NCBI GenBank assembly: GCA_038496445.1
Contig: JALMLS010000307.1
Location: 1 to 64,000, forward strand
DNA: 64,000 nucleotides
Source: Trichosphaerium sp. ATCC 40318
Taxonomy: Eukaryota; Protista; Tubulinea
Reading direction: 5' to 3'
Shown here: piece after piece, positions 24,763 to 37,449 of the stretch
Layout of the letters: every line of letters starts with the position of its first letter
How positions within the stretch are numbered: the first letter of the stretch is position 1
Program-made: the position numbers and the translations under genes
The notes under the pieces: model-generated
Seen by the model: only the letters and a program-made list of their open reading frames with translations
Told to the model about the DNA's origin: nothing
The model's database searches: none

Positions 24763-25706
24763 TTACATCATAACACAACGTCTTTTTGTTTTACTAGGCT
24801 TAGGTTCTTCCTGTTTTAAACGTTTTGACATCTCCCGCACAAGTTGGTGAAAAGCTTCTTCAACGTTAACACTTGTTTTAGCTGATGTCTCAAAAAAAGG
24901 TATTCCGTAATGTTGTGCAAGCTCTTGACCTTCAGATGCTTCCACTTTTCTCTCTTCTTTGAGATCAACTTTACCACCAACTAATACAGCACAGTGGTAC
25001 TCTGGGCCCTTAATCCTATCAACAGAAAGTGAGATGATTGACCTTAATCAGTCTCTGAAAAAATTGTTTGAACCACGTGAGTTTTTCGTATCTTGCTCTT
25101 CGCACGTACTCGGTAATAACCTTGAAATACTTTGGTATTTCCTCAAATGTGCTGCGGTCTATAGTGGAATACATAACAAGATACCCTTCTCCGGAACGGA
25201 CACTCTAAAAAACCAAAGTTAAAAACCTTGCTACCGAAACTCCTTCCGAAAATGCAAGCGCTCTGGAGCTGTATGTGAGCATTGAATTGTATAGTGCTTT
25301 TCAGAACTAGCATGCATATTGTTATACATCATATATACATTATGTACAAGCATAGTTTCGCCCACCCATCCAAGAAAAAAATCCAAGAAGAAAAAACGTG
25401 TCAAAAAATATTTACCATATCAAGCAGTACAGGAGGCTCTCCTCTTCCTGCTGTATCAAGAATATCCATCACCACTGTATCATCATCTACTTTGACTTGT
25501 TTACGGAATCTAAAATGAGTGTGGGTCTTTGTTTTGTCGAAAACCAGTTAACAAGCCTCAAAATAGCTTAAAACTGTCTAAAACGCGTACGAATCTTCTA
25601 TTGTTGGGTCGTATTCACCAACAAACTGGTCTGTTACCAATCGCATCGACAGGCATGATTTTCCAACTCCGGGTTCGCCAAGAACTACTATTCTGTATAT
25701 TGACAT
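24763..25706 (-). CDS. Ras-subfamily small GTPase with atypical G-boxes (4 exons)
   Basis: [17 protein letters not shown], effector loop [35 protein letters not shown]-terminal KRRCVMM CaaX. Confidence 0.9.
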
Positions 25707-26156
25707 CAATGGTAATACAACTATTGTGTTTTAATGTTGTAATGTCGTACAATTTACAATCAAAGTCGTACACAGTCAAATAAAATTCTCTGAAACATTT
25801 TACCAAGCACAAAAATAGCAACAAGTTATTTGATTATGACGTGGTTTGTAAGGTACGTATATTCTTATTATTAATGGCAAGTGGCACTTTGACATCGTGA
25901 TAGATTTGACGGAGTGTACAGATCCGTAGACTTGCTAAAAGTGCAGAACTGTAAACTTTCTAATAATAACTTGTTTATCGCATTTCATGTTTTCATCATT
26001 CGTTTCACTGTTATTGAACGCGTATATTAACTAGTCTTAACAAGTGTATACACATGGTGTTAAATGAAAATGTGAGCCTGCGAAAGTCGAACTCATTGTT
26101 GCTTTGGAACAAGAATGATCTTTTTTTTTTTTTGAGAAGTTTTTGTTTTTTATTTT

Positions 26157-28469
26157 CTAAACACCTTTTTTGCTTGCATTTAATACATCCATAACTGGTT
26201 TACATTGACGTACAATACGCTCAATATTCTTATCAGGAACCAAACCTTCTTTTTCAATAGCATACTTTAATATATCAGCAGCATGTTGTTCATCAATTTT
26301 ACGAAAAAATTGTAAAAGATACAACATACCATCGCAAGATAACTTAACCCCTCGCTCTCTAATATCATTATACACTGTATCAACAAACTCTCTATACTCC
26401 TTTGATTCCGGCATAGAACTCAAAATAATCTTATAGTGTCTTGCAGTGACTGGAACTTGGTTTTTTGAAAAAATATCAAGAACCTCAAGAATCCTTTTAA
26501 AGTCTTTTTGTTTTCTAAGCAATAAAAACACGCCTGTAAGTGCCTTACTTGTAGGTTTTGTTCCTGCATCTAAAGCAGTATGAATAGCCTCCATACAAGC
26601 ATCCATCCTCCCATAACGAACTGTAGTCGATATAACATATACATACGAAGAATGATGTTTGAAATGTCCCATTTCTTGGATTTCCTCAAGTGAACTCTTC
26701 ATTAAGTCCATTTTACCCTGTTTTATGCATGCTGATAGAATAGAGGAGTATACTAATGAAACGTCCTTTTCATTATATCTACGGGATGCAATCATTAGGT
26801 ATAAGTACTTCAATGCGTCTTGAAGTCTTTCGCAATCACATAATCCATCCACAAGGAACTTGTACGTGTAGAAGTTAGGAGATACAGCAACAGCGGCAGA
26901 AGCCATTTCGTTAAATGTTTCAATAGCTTTATCAATATAAGCAGTACCATACGACTAGAGTTAAGGGTGTAAGCATTAAAAAGAAAGAAAACAGCAATAA
27001 GGAAGTAAGTCCACAGAAAGGTAGACAAAAGTTCACATTGACAAAAACAAGAAAAAAAAAAGAATTGGTTTTTTTCAAAAGCTAAAGAAGAGATGATCAA
27101 TCGATTTGATTCAAAAAAAAAGTTGGAAAACGTAAACACCTGTTTTTCTTCTAGTATAATGTTGCCAAGTTTAGATGATAAAGTAGTGTAAAAAACAACA
27201 AAAATGTCATTGTAATTTTTTTTGAAAAAACAAAAAAGAAAAAAATGTCATTGATGATTGCAGTCATATTACGTACTCTTATTATGAGTGTATAAGTTAA
27301 TGTATTCTTAATAATCTTTCTTTTCTCAATATGATGTTTCCAAAACTTTCTAGCTTTACTTAAATCACCTTTCTCAATATGTCCACGCAAGAAAGCATTA
27401 AGTAACCCAATATCTAACTTATCTCCCTTTTTTTGTTCTTTACGCAGCTCATGTAGAAGAGTCTCAAACCTCCACGTCTGGTTCTTTTTAACAAAAACAG
27501 TAACCATAGTGTTTAATAGAGGAGAATCAGGTAAATGGCCGCAAGACATCATACTATTGAAGTAATCAAGCGCCTCCTGGTATTTACCAACCCTTACCGC
27601 GTGCATAATAATTGTAGAGTAGTCAGCAAGTCTTGGTTTTAAATCGCTTTTACGCAGTAGCTCAAAAGCGCTAAAAGCGCTTGTAGTTCTATTAGATATA
27701 ATAGCAGCTTTCATTAGCGCGTAAAAATTCTGTTCATCAATTGTATGCCCAGCCTCCGCGTATTTAAGCAAAAACTCTTCTGCTTGTTGGAACTTCTTCC
27801 TTGATGTATACATAGACGTTATAGCATTTGCGAACTGAGGATCACCTTTAAGACCTTGTGTCTTCATTCTCTCATAGACATCCAAAGCAGCGCCAATATC
27901 ACCTGCTCTTGAGCATACTTTGACTAGAGATCCGTACGTGTCGACACCCGGCACAACTCCTTTCTCCTTCATTGTCTCAAATACAGGTTCTGCTTGCTTT
28001 AAGTTTGGAGCAACTGATATAATGGCGTTCCATACGTTTCTATGCGGAGAGAACTTTGCCAATATGTCGTAGAGCTGTTTTTTGGCATATTTGAAGTTTT
28101 GACTTCCAGAAGCTGTTAGTATCAATTGCGCTTCCGCAGCACCTGTTGTAGCAGGCGTGTAGTCTTCTTGAATCTGTTGCGCGTGATCTATCATTTGATT
28201 TACACGTTTAGCGACATGACACACTAAATTAGCGTACCTGACGTTAAATAAGACTCGAACTTGTCTTTTGGAGCATCCTTTCTAAAAAAAACTGTTAAAA
28301 CAATTTTATGACATACAAACCTTGAATATCGTAGCACAGTTACACGCGTAGAGCGTTTGACACCCTAATATATTGTAAGAACGCTGTTTATACTCACCAA
28401 AGGCTACAAGCGTACATAATCGCGAGTGTAGGTACCAAAGCCAATTCTACTCGCTGACAAGCGTAGCAT
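26157..28469 (-). CDS. Pentatricopeptide-repeat protein, probably mitochondrial
   Basis: Tandem 35-aa PPR motifs (TYGSLVKVCSRAGDIGAALDVYERMKTQGLK; TYKFLVDGLCDCERLQDAL) and Arg/Ser-rich leader MLRLSASRIGF. Confidence 0.85.
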
Positions 28470-28629
28470 GTCGCCTACAACACAGACAAGACAAAGTCAA
28501 AATAGAGTCAACGAAACAAAACTCAAAAATGCTGTCAAGAAAGAAATAGACGTCGACTACAAAAACTAACACCGAGGGAAATTAGATTGCTGTTTATTGG
28601 TACTACAAGCAAAAAATGAAAGAAGGAAT

Positions 28630-29463
28630 CTAGAATTCAGTGTCGTTTTGAGTGAAGTCTCCTGGGCAAACAGTAGCGCCAGCGCCAGTGAGAGAGCAGT
28701 CAGAAGAGCAACGGGATTGGAATCCTCCAATACCAATGCTGGTTGTTGTGTTTCCGAGGCAACGAACGACACTCTACAAAAAATACGGTGAGCGAACAAT
28801 AACTTTGCAAGAAAAGCCTTTAAAAGCACGTACTCCAATCATACCGATGTACTTTGGTACGGAACCAACAGTGAGTACAGCGTTAGGACCTCCAACTTGG
28901 AATACTTCACCACAGTTAGTGAAAACGAAGTTACCATTTACGGTGTGTCTGGTGTTTTCTCCAAAACGCATAGCATAGCTATCCCAGTTAGTGTCAGCTT
29001 TATCTGGAGCGCTAGAAGCACCACAGTTTACCTTAAGTACAAGAGTGAGAAGAAGAAAACGACCCGAGAATGTAAGACAAAAACGTACAGTAACAACGCC
29101 ATCAGGAGCTTCATGAGCTACAATGCTAGATTCTTGCCAGAACTAACGAACAATTAGCGAAAAAGGTAAATGTTTACTCGCGTACTGAGTTACCAGTGTA
29201 TGTGCCGGCGGCATAGGTAAGGGTTGCGTTACCGGTACCTACAGTGGAAGCGGCAGCAGCCATTGATGCAACAACTACATGAAAGTTAAAATCGAAAACC
29301 CAATGCGCTGGAAAATAGGTAGAAAGTAGCATAAACACTACTAGCTTGCGACATTATGTCGCGGCAGCGTACCAACATTAACCTGGCTTGGTCGACTCAC
29401 AGTAATTTGGGCGGTAACAGCCAAGCAGAGAGCGAAAAGTGTGACTACGAGTCCTTGGTGCAT
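28630..29463 (-). CDS. Small secreted Thr/Gly/Cys-containing protein (multi-exon)
   Basis: Signal peptide MHQGLVVTLFALCLAVTA. Last exon SVVRCLGNTTTSIGIGGFQSRCSSDCSLTGAGATVCPGDFTQNDTEF*. Confidence 0.6.
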
Positions 29464-29568
29464 TGCGGCGGAGTTCTTGAGCTACTTTGAGTATGCGTGA
29501 CCAAACACTTCCTAATTAGGAGATTTGTTGTTTTGAATTGTAGTCACTTACGTCACAAGCTCATAGTC

Positions 29569-30871
29569 ATGGAATTCATCACTGGCAAAAACCCTAACTG
29601 GTTACGAATGTTCCAAGGAGCGAGTACGTAGCAAAAAAAACCCAACTCACTCGTTTAACTCCGATTAGTCGTAGAGTTTATTGCTCTCCTGTTGTTCAAC
29701 TTCTACAGTGGTGGTGCTGTTATTGTACGAGAGAACTACTTTCTGTTTTCAAAATTTTAATGGTGCAACTAGGCTTTCCAATCGCAACGTCCACTCGGCC
29801 CTCTAGATCTTATTTCTATTGCTTTTGGCCATGGTCTCATTCTTGGCCTAACTGTTGCCATGAACGCTCATACTTCAGGTACGACTTTAACAAACTCAAA
29901 CGAGTGCTTTAAACGCTTCACAGCAACTTTAAAACATTTTCCCTCTTATTTCTCTCCTGCAACGACCTTATTCTGGTATTTAGGCGGTCACAGCAACCCT
30001 GCAGTAACCCTTGCACTCGCTATCACTCGTAAGACCCATTTGTATTTCCTTTTTGGTTGAATGCTAAACAAAACTTGTAGACCACGCTTCTGTTCCTCCA
30101 ATTCAAGTTCTATTCTACTGGATTGCTCAATTCGCTGGTGCTTTCACTGGAACCGGTTTATTAAAGGCTGTTCTCCCAGAAGGTACGTAGAAACGATGTT
30201 GGCGCTTTAAAACTAGCATTGGACCCTTTTTGCCGCTTTTTCTAACTACCGCGTAGCACTCGAATTTCAACTCGGTCTACACAGCTTGAACGTACCTGTC
30301 GGTTATGTAAGTTCTTATTCTCTATCCATTGTACCCATCCACAAGTGTTTGCGCTAATCTCCGTGGCCAGGGTTTCATCATTGAAGTCGTCATCACTTTG
30401 GGTCTTGGTTTGACTGTATACGCAACTGCTGCTGATGCCAAAAACTCCAAAATCGGTGCTGCAGGTGGAGGTACGTTTAAAGTTTGCAACAACGAAACAC
30501 GCTAAGCGTGAAAAAACGTAGCCGCTCTTTACATCGGTCTCGCTGTCACTGCTGGTCACTTGATCGCTGTACCATTCACTGGTGCTTCCATGAACCCTGC
30601 TCGCTCATTTGGACCTGCAATATGGACTGGTATCTGGGATTGTACGTAGATTAGAATATTGTTGATGACGCTATCATTTGTACTTAAAAACTTACCATTT
30701 TTAATAGTCTACTGGGTACATTTCTTTGGTCCATTCGTTGGTCTCCTTCTTGCTGCTGCCATTTACACTGGTATCACCTGGGGCCGCTTCGACAAAAAAA
30801 AGGTACGCATTCCCACCCACTCCGGTACTTGAGCTATTACAGAAAATCTAATTTAATCTTTTTAGAACTAA
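29569..30871 (+). CDS. Aquaporin (MIP family), multi-exon
   Basis: [53 protein letters not shown]. Confidence 0.93.
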
Positions 30872-31277
30872 AAGTATTCTTTCTTTATCGGTTGTCAACT
30901 AATAAAATGAACCACGTCAATACGTGGCGTTTATTTAAAACTCTGTCGTATTGTACCATTTGGTTTTTTTTAGTCAGGTTGGCTTTTTTCACTTTGTTCG
31001 CCTCAGTTTTGCGTACTAGTCGCCCGGGCTTGGTTGTTATACAAATCGGGCGTTGAAAGCGCTTTCTAGCGCCAGTGCGACAATAATTGGTTTTTTTGAG
31101 CGGTAAAATGAAAATCGAGCTATCCAAAGGCATTGCCCGCGTGGTAGCAAGTATGAGAAATCTCCACAACGGCTCTAGTTGTCATTCACAAGAATGAGCC
31201 GACAAAAAAAACCGCAGGAGAAAAAGTAGTGCACCGAATGTGACACATATCCACAAACCAAAAAGCATCAACTCCCG

Positions 31278-33954
31278 ATGGCGTTTAAAAAGACACTAAA
31301 GAAAACGAAAAGCTCTGTACGAAAGGGGTACGTGTAGCCCAAATGTTAAAATAGCGTTTTCATAGTCGTCATGCTAGGAGTAACAAAGCTCTTGGATTTA
31401 CTAAGACGGAACTTCTCATAAAGGATGCCACCTCTTCTACCAAGTGGGGGCCTACATCAGCACAACTAAGGGTAACAATTACCAGTTTTTATTATCCCCA
31501 AATATAAAAACACGTTCTAACGCACGTGGGGTTTAGGAACTAGCGGCAAAATCTTTCAATTATGCCTCATATCAAGATTTGATGAATATCGTATGGAAAC
31601 GCCTCGGATCTCATGGTAAATACTGGCAGCACGTGTACAAGGTTAGAATTTAAAACAAAAGACCCTTTCGTTGTTATTTTTCTCCATCAAGGCTTGTAGC
31701 TCTTATGTGTCGCGATTTTTGAACAAAACAAGCACAGCCATACTATTTGGACAAAAAAAGATGGTTTTTATGCTGACAGCCCTATCTGATTTTTTTTGAA
31801 TCCGAAATTACCTTACTTCTACTCCTTGATATTTGTGGTTATTATATACCGAGCTATTTATCCGATCACGTGATATTGGAGTGATTTTAATTAAAAAAAT
31901 AATTTTTGGTTTTTTGTATCTGAAAAATAATGACGTCATTTAATCATCACTTTAGTCTCTTGTTGTTATTCATTATCTTCTTCTTCACGGTGCTCCTTCT
32001 ATCGAAACTGAAGTTAAGACGCGTATAATCGAGATAAAGACATTACAACAGTTCGTGAAGCTTAAAAACGGGAGAGATTTGGGTCTCACAGGTGCGTACT
32101 CAGTACTAGTCTTTTTTTTTTTGTTTTATTTTTTTGGTTTTGACGATTTCTAGTTCGGGAACGTGCACGACTTGTTGTTGGTCTTATAGAAAGTAAAGGA
32201 GCTCTAGAGGCAGCAAGAAAAGTAGCTAAAAAGAACCAAGATAAAGAGTTTTTGAACTCATCCTTTGCACCAATAAAGTACGACAAAAGAAACCTTTTGA
32301 TTTTTTTTTTTCGTTTTTCTGTTTTCCAAGCGATGCTTTGCACGTGTTACTCAAAAAACACTAACAATTAATTCTATAAGACAAGAAAACGATGATGATG
32401 AATCAAATAGCGGTATGAGTGGTGACGGATCAAGCACTGGACCATTAAGACACAGTTCAGTTTCTTCAAAATCAAGCACAGCAAGCAGAAACAGCACCTT
32501 AAGCACTCCAAAAGCGAGTTCAAATGGCAAATCAAGGAGTGGCTCACCTAAGCGTATGGGCGCTAAATCAGCGCCTATTTTAGTGTTTAATCCGTTTGAT
32601 GATTACGACGACGCGCCAAAGGAACCTACAAAATCGATTACACCAGAACCTAGAAAAAAACCTAAATCGGTATCATCTCCACGTGCTGCTGAACAATCAA
32701 ATCATAATATTCAAAAACCATCTTCTGGTTTTGATTGGTCTATAAAAGGTGGTATTGGCGCACAAATGAGGGATTTATTTATGAAGCTTGATACAGATAA
32801 CGACGGGTGAGTTTATTTTTGTTTTTTTTTTTGTTTTATTGTTTGTTCTTTTTATTAATGCGTTTCCGCGGAAAATAGGTTTATAACCGGTATTGAGGCT
32901 CAAGGATTACTAAAAAAATCGGGGTTGTCCGTATCAATACTTGCAGAGATATGGGATATGGCAGATGAGGATAAAGATGGTACGACATTCGAATGAGCAC
33001 AGTACTTTTACTTAACACAAAAAGAAAAAGGAATTTTTTATGTGACACCAGCACTTTCAAACGAACGATTTTCTACACAAAAAAATTACATTTATAATAC
33101 AGCTTGCCTATACGCCAAATTAAAAAAATTTGCGACGTGTACTTCTGGCTTTTTAGATAAAAACAGAAAGCTGAAAAGACGAAAACAGTTTTTTAAGTTT
33201 ACCCACGTGAACTGATTTCTAACTCTTTGATACAGGCAAACTAAGTCTAAGAGAATTCGTTATAGCAATGTCTTTGACTACAGCAATAAGCAAAGGAGAA
33301 CCAATGCCAAAGTACGTATTTTTCTCTCCCTCGATTCATTTTTGAAAAAATTAACAAAAAAACTTTTTAGATTCCTTCCTCCTGGCCTAGAAAACTCTTT
33401 ACCTCCAAAATCAGTACCTCAGATACAAGCACCGCCATCCTCATTCCCACATGAAGTCAATGGTCTTTTTTCAGTATCACATGGTTCCGTTGCTAGTGTT
33501 GCTCCAGTAATGGGTATGCAACCAAATAACGGTTTGTATAATCACGGATACCCAGGACAACAAGTACGTCAACTCAATTATTAATTTCTTTTCGTGGATA
33601 TTTTTTTTTGAGGATTTTTTGCTTTCCTCATTTGGACGGACTGTACCGTCCTCCTTACGACCTTTTTTGCTAAATTTTTCTTCCTAGATGCCTGTTACCC
33701 CAACAAGTCCTATGCTGAATAATACACCTCAAATATTAAATATGAATAGCTTCAACACTCCACAAGTACAGAATCAGCAATATCCTTTCCAAGCAGGAGG
33801 ATTACATCAAGGTCTATTTAATCCTTATCAACCTTCAACTGCTGTTGCTTCTCCATCTACTTCAGAGCGTAAAAGAGCAGTAGTAAAACCGATCACTGGA
33901 GATCCATGGTCACATGATAATCTACTGGATCTCAGCAGCCTTTCAGCGAACTGA
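31278..33954 (+). CDS. Epsin-like ENTH-domain protein fused to an EH domain (multi-exon)
   Basis: ENTH: KDATSSTKWGPTS, IVWKRL, YWQHVYKSLVVIHYLLLHG, VRERA. EH: LFMKLDTDNDGFITG...KSGLSVSILAEIWDMADEDKDGKLSLREFVIAM. NPF, DPW and LLDL motifs present. Confidence 0.88.
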
Positions 33955-34267
33955 GAGGAAAGAAGAAAAAGGCTCAACTCTGAAGTATACTTATAATTGT
34001 TTTCCTCCTCTGTTTTATGTTGTCTTTTTTTTTGGAACACGGAAACGCCTGTATCAAGAACTACACTGTTAAATAATAATAATAGCGCTGTGTTTCAACA
34101 TGTAAAAAGCTGACTTATTAATATGAACTTTTGACATGACTGTTTGTTTTTAAAGAAAATTTTGGTTGTATGAACTTCTAAACTACTTTGATATTATGTT
34201 AGCAGAGTAGCAACAAGGGTAGATCTAGAATATGAGGTTTATTGACAATACAGGACTTTCACAGTAT

Positions 34268-34782
34268 TTACACCCATCCGAGTTGCTTGGAGCTAAAATG
34301 GTCGTTCCAGACTTTGGTCACATGATAAATCTTTCCATCTTTGTTGGTATGCATAATATGTACAAAGTCGGTTTCACATGTCTTGCCAGTAGCTGGTTGC
34401 GGTCCTCCAGTACCTTTATGAGTACCATAGAATCTTCCAGATCCCATGTAGATGTTGTTAGCTCCAGAAAATGAATATGCTTTGTACGAGGAACCAGGGA
34501 AGGTATCGATGCATCTCTCTAAAACAAAGTGGTTAGACACTTAACAAGATATTCAACAAATCACGTGACAAAGATACTTTATTTTCTTAACATACCTTTC
34601 AACCATTCAGCATATGCTTTTACTGTTTTGAGATCTTTGAGAGCCTCAGTTTGAGCTTCAAATGTTGCATCTGGTGTTATGTACTTCTTGACACCTTCGA
34701 ATCCTTTGCCAGTTTCAATAGCATCAAAAAACTGTTTGATATCTTCCATCTTTGTGTTGCTTGTGTTGTTGTTGCTTGTCAT
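34268..34782 (-). CDS. SnoaL-like / NTF2-fold ester-cyclase family protein (2 exons)
   Basis: FFDAIETGKG...DATFEAQ...YAEWLK and FYGTHKGTGGPQPATGK...KIYHVTKVWND...LGW match a pattern I recognise from bacterial SnoaL-like proteins. Confidence 0.75.
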
Positions 34783-35381
34783 GTTTCTATTGTGTTGTTT
34801 TGTTTTGTACTAATCTATCTATTTAAGGCATAGGAGGTGCGAATTCGTTGTATTCCGTGTGACCAAAATGGACAAAAATGTACGAATTCATATTTGTACG
34901 TCGTGTCAGGTTACATCGCACTGGTAGAGAGTGTTAATGCCCTTATGGCTTTAGGGTTTTCTAAACGCTGCGGGTATGTTGCGATTCTTCCGCACAATCC
35001 TCCGCATACGCTATGATTCGTCATAAATCACAATTTTTGGTTCACTGAAGGCATCTAAACGTTCGAGACTAAAAGCAGTCTCGTACGTTTAGATTTTGCC
35101 TGTAGGTTTACGTGACTTTCTTACACTTCTGATGAGTTTAAAACAATAGGTAAAGTTAAAAGAGACGTTTTTCTAAACGAGAAATCAGTCTGTCAAACAA
35201 ACCACCAGTAAATGCAAGAAACTGTTGATTTGTCATTTCTGAGTCTTTATCTCCTCAAAAAAAACCGTTTATAACTTTATTTCTATAAAATTGTACCATA
35301 GCTTTGCGTATCATGTAGAAGGACAACGTTGGGTACAGTAACTTTACTTGTCACGTGTTTTTGTCGAGATCATTTGGTTTT

Positions 35382-36893
35382 TTATAATTTCTTGTTGGTT
35401 GCATTCCATACGTCCATAACAGTTTCTCCTTGATTGTTTTTTATGTTCCAATCCATCTCGTCATTTATTAAACGTTTGGCCAATATTTGGTCTCCATTTT
35501 TAATAGCAACCATGTACGCTGTATTACCTTGATCATCTTGATGATTCGAATTGTAGTCTTTATGATGGCCGCAAATGTAATCAACCAACTTGTGAGGGAA
35601 AATCTCTCTTCTTCTTACTAGATCATGGCTGAAACTATACGTATGCCTTCCGTCACAAGGTAGGACTTTGCAAACAATCTCTTGAGACATATCAACAAGA
35701 ACAAAAGATACAGTCTTGTTATGTATACCAAAAGGTTTATGTATCTTCATCTCTTCAAAGTTTGGTGCATTTTCACATATCAGAACAACCTTGTCGAACA
35801 AACGCAACCTGAGTAATAACCAGAATAACTCTGTTTCTCCTAACAAGTCAATGATATATTCCATATTCTCTTGTGTTATCCAGTTTGGTTGATGGTACAA
35901 AAAACTCCAACCTTTGTTATCTCTTATGGTAAAGTCATAATCTTGTTGTACTCTTCTGACATCAAAGTTTTTAATGACATTGCCAAGGTATATGAGTGAA
36001 GTCTTTCCTGATAAGTCACGTGTATTGGTGTTACTATGGTTGACAAGGTATTGGTACACCGGATCATCAAGTATATCGTCATCGTCAAAAGACTGAAACT
36101 GTTCAATATAACGCATCAAAGGTATTCTACCAAAAGCATCTTTTTCATGAAAAACGTCATCATTACCGAGATGCTTGTGCCAAGCCTTAACCTCTTCTAT
36201 GCTCATACATTCTTCCCAAATATGGTTAATACAAATGTTATCGTATATAATATGACCACAATCATCTATGTATTCAAGAAAGGTTTCGGTATAATCAAAC
36301 TCATAAGGGTCAACTTCATCATCCGAACAACACTCAAACTCGCACTCTTCAACGTTTTGAGTAAACTCAGGATCAAAGTACCCCAGTACTTTATTGCACG
36401 TGTCTGTCACGTGATTAATATCGGCGACAGAACATATACGTTGAGAAGCGTGGATTAAGATGAATAAAGCCTCTACAGAGAACGTGATATCAAAGCAAGA
36501 GTAGTCATTGGCAATGTTATGTACAATAGTCGACATCGTCACTGTGTCAAGCACTTGTTCCCTTAAATTAGGTCGTATGTATCCCAACAGGACTGGCAAG
36601 TATTGCCAATAGTATGAGGTAAAGTCTTGACCTGAGAATAGCGGAAAATCAGTAGTATATAATGGGAAGTGTTCTCTGTGACTTGCTTTCAAGCATTGTG
36701 GGCTTAATAATGATATTTGGCTGTAAAAAAACTTGCATGTCCTTTTTATTGCAATAGGGCTCAATATAGGATCCGCTGGTGGTCTGAATACGATAATTTC
36801 GAATATTTCAGGTGGAAGTGACATAAAGGGCTGATTAGAATAGGTGTTGGTCTGCATTGAAAAGCATATTTGTTTTGAACGAGGTGCGAACAT
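35382..36893 (-). CDS. F-box-like + ankyrin-repeat protein (intronless)
   Basis: FMSLPPEIFEII...IKRTCKFFY N-terminus and ankyrin-like DAFGRIPL, DLSGKTSL, DDQGNTAYMVAIKNG, NIKNNQGET. Confidence 0.75.
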   Translation of the reverse strand: MFAPRSKQICFSMQTNTYSNQPFMSLPPEIFEIIVFRPPADPILSPIAIKRTCKFFYSQISLLSPQCLKASHREHFPLYTTDFPLFSGQDFTSYYWQYLPVLLGYIRPNLREQVLDTVTMSTIVHNIANDYSCFDITFSVEALFILIHASQRICSVADINHVTDTCNKVLGYFDPEFTQNVEECEFECCSDDEVDPYEFDYTETFLEYIDDCGHIIYDNICINHIWEECMSIEEVKAWHKHLGNDDVFHEKDAFGRIPLMRYIEQFQSFDDDDILDDPVYQYLVNHSNTNTRDLSGKTSLIYLGNVIKNFDVRRVQQDYDFTIRDNKGWSFLYHQPNWITQENMEYIIDLLGETELFWLLLRLRLFDKVVLICENAPNFEEMKIHKPFGIHNKTVSFVLVDMSQEIVCKVLPCDGRHTYSFSHDLVRRREIFPHKLVDYICGHHKDYNSNHQDDQGNTAYMVAIKNGDQILAKRLINDEMDWNIKNNQGETVMDVWNATNKKL

Positions 36894-37449
36894 GTTTTTA
36901 GCTGTAAAGTTGTATGCCGGTGGCTTAATCGCACGTGACTACTTGTTTCCAACAGTGGATCCATAATAAGTGTACAATGGTATTCCAGTGCGTCATCATA
37001 GTTGTTTTGAGTATTCGGCGCGAACTTGGTAGGTTTTGACCAAAAAAAAAGCTGTTCTTAATCGGTCTGAAACAATGTATGCTCCTAAGGTGTCTGCGAG
37101 CTCTGTGTGGGTTCGGACTAACTTTTCGATCTACCAGGACATTTTCAAAATAGTTCCAGCTGAGGTATGCATCACGTGGTACGTTAAACTGCACGAAAGA
37201 GATTTGGACAAGAATCTTTGACGATTGCAGAAACATCACGGTACTGGCAGCCTGTAGCGGATTGACAACAAATTTCGGGATATTCTAACCATGCGATAGA
37301 GATAGCCTGGGCATACTCTAACATTTGTTGAAAACGAGTGAAAGAACTTTTTTTTTCGATTTTTTTTTAAATGTTCTAGAAGCTTCTAAAATGATTTTTC
37401 TCAGCGGTTTCACAATTTTAGCAACTACAGTAATAAACACCGCCCACTC

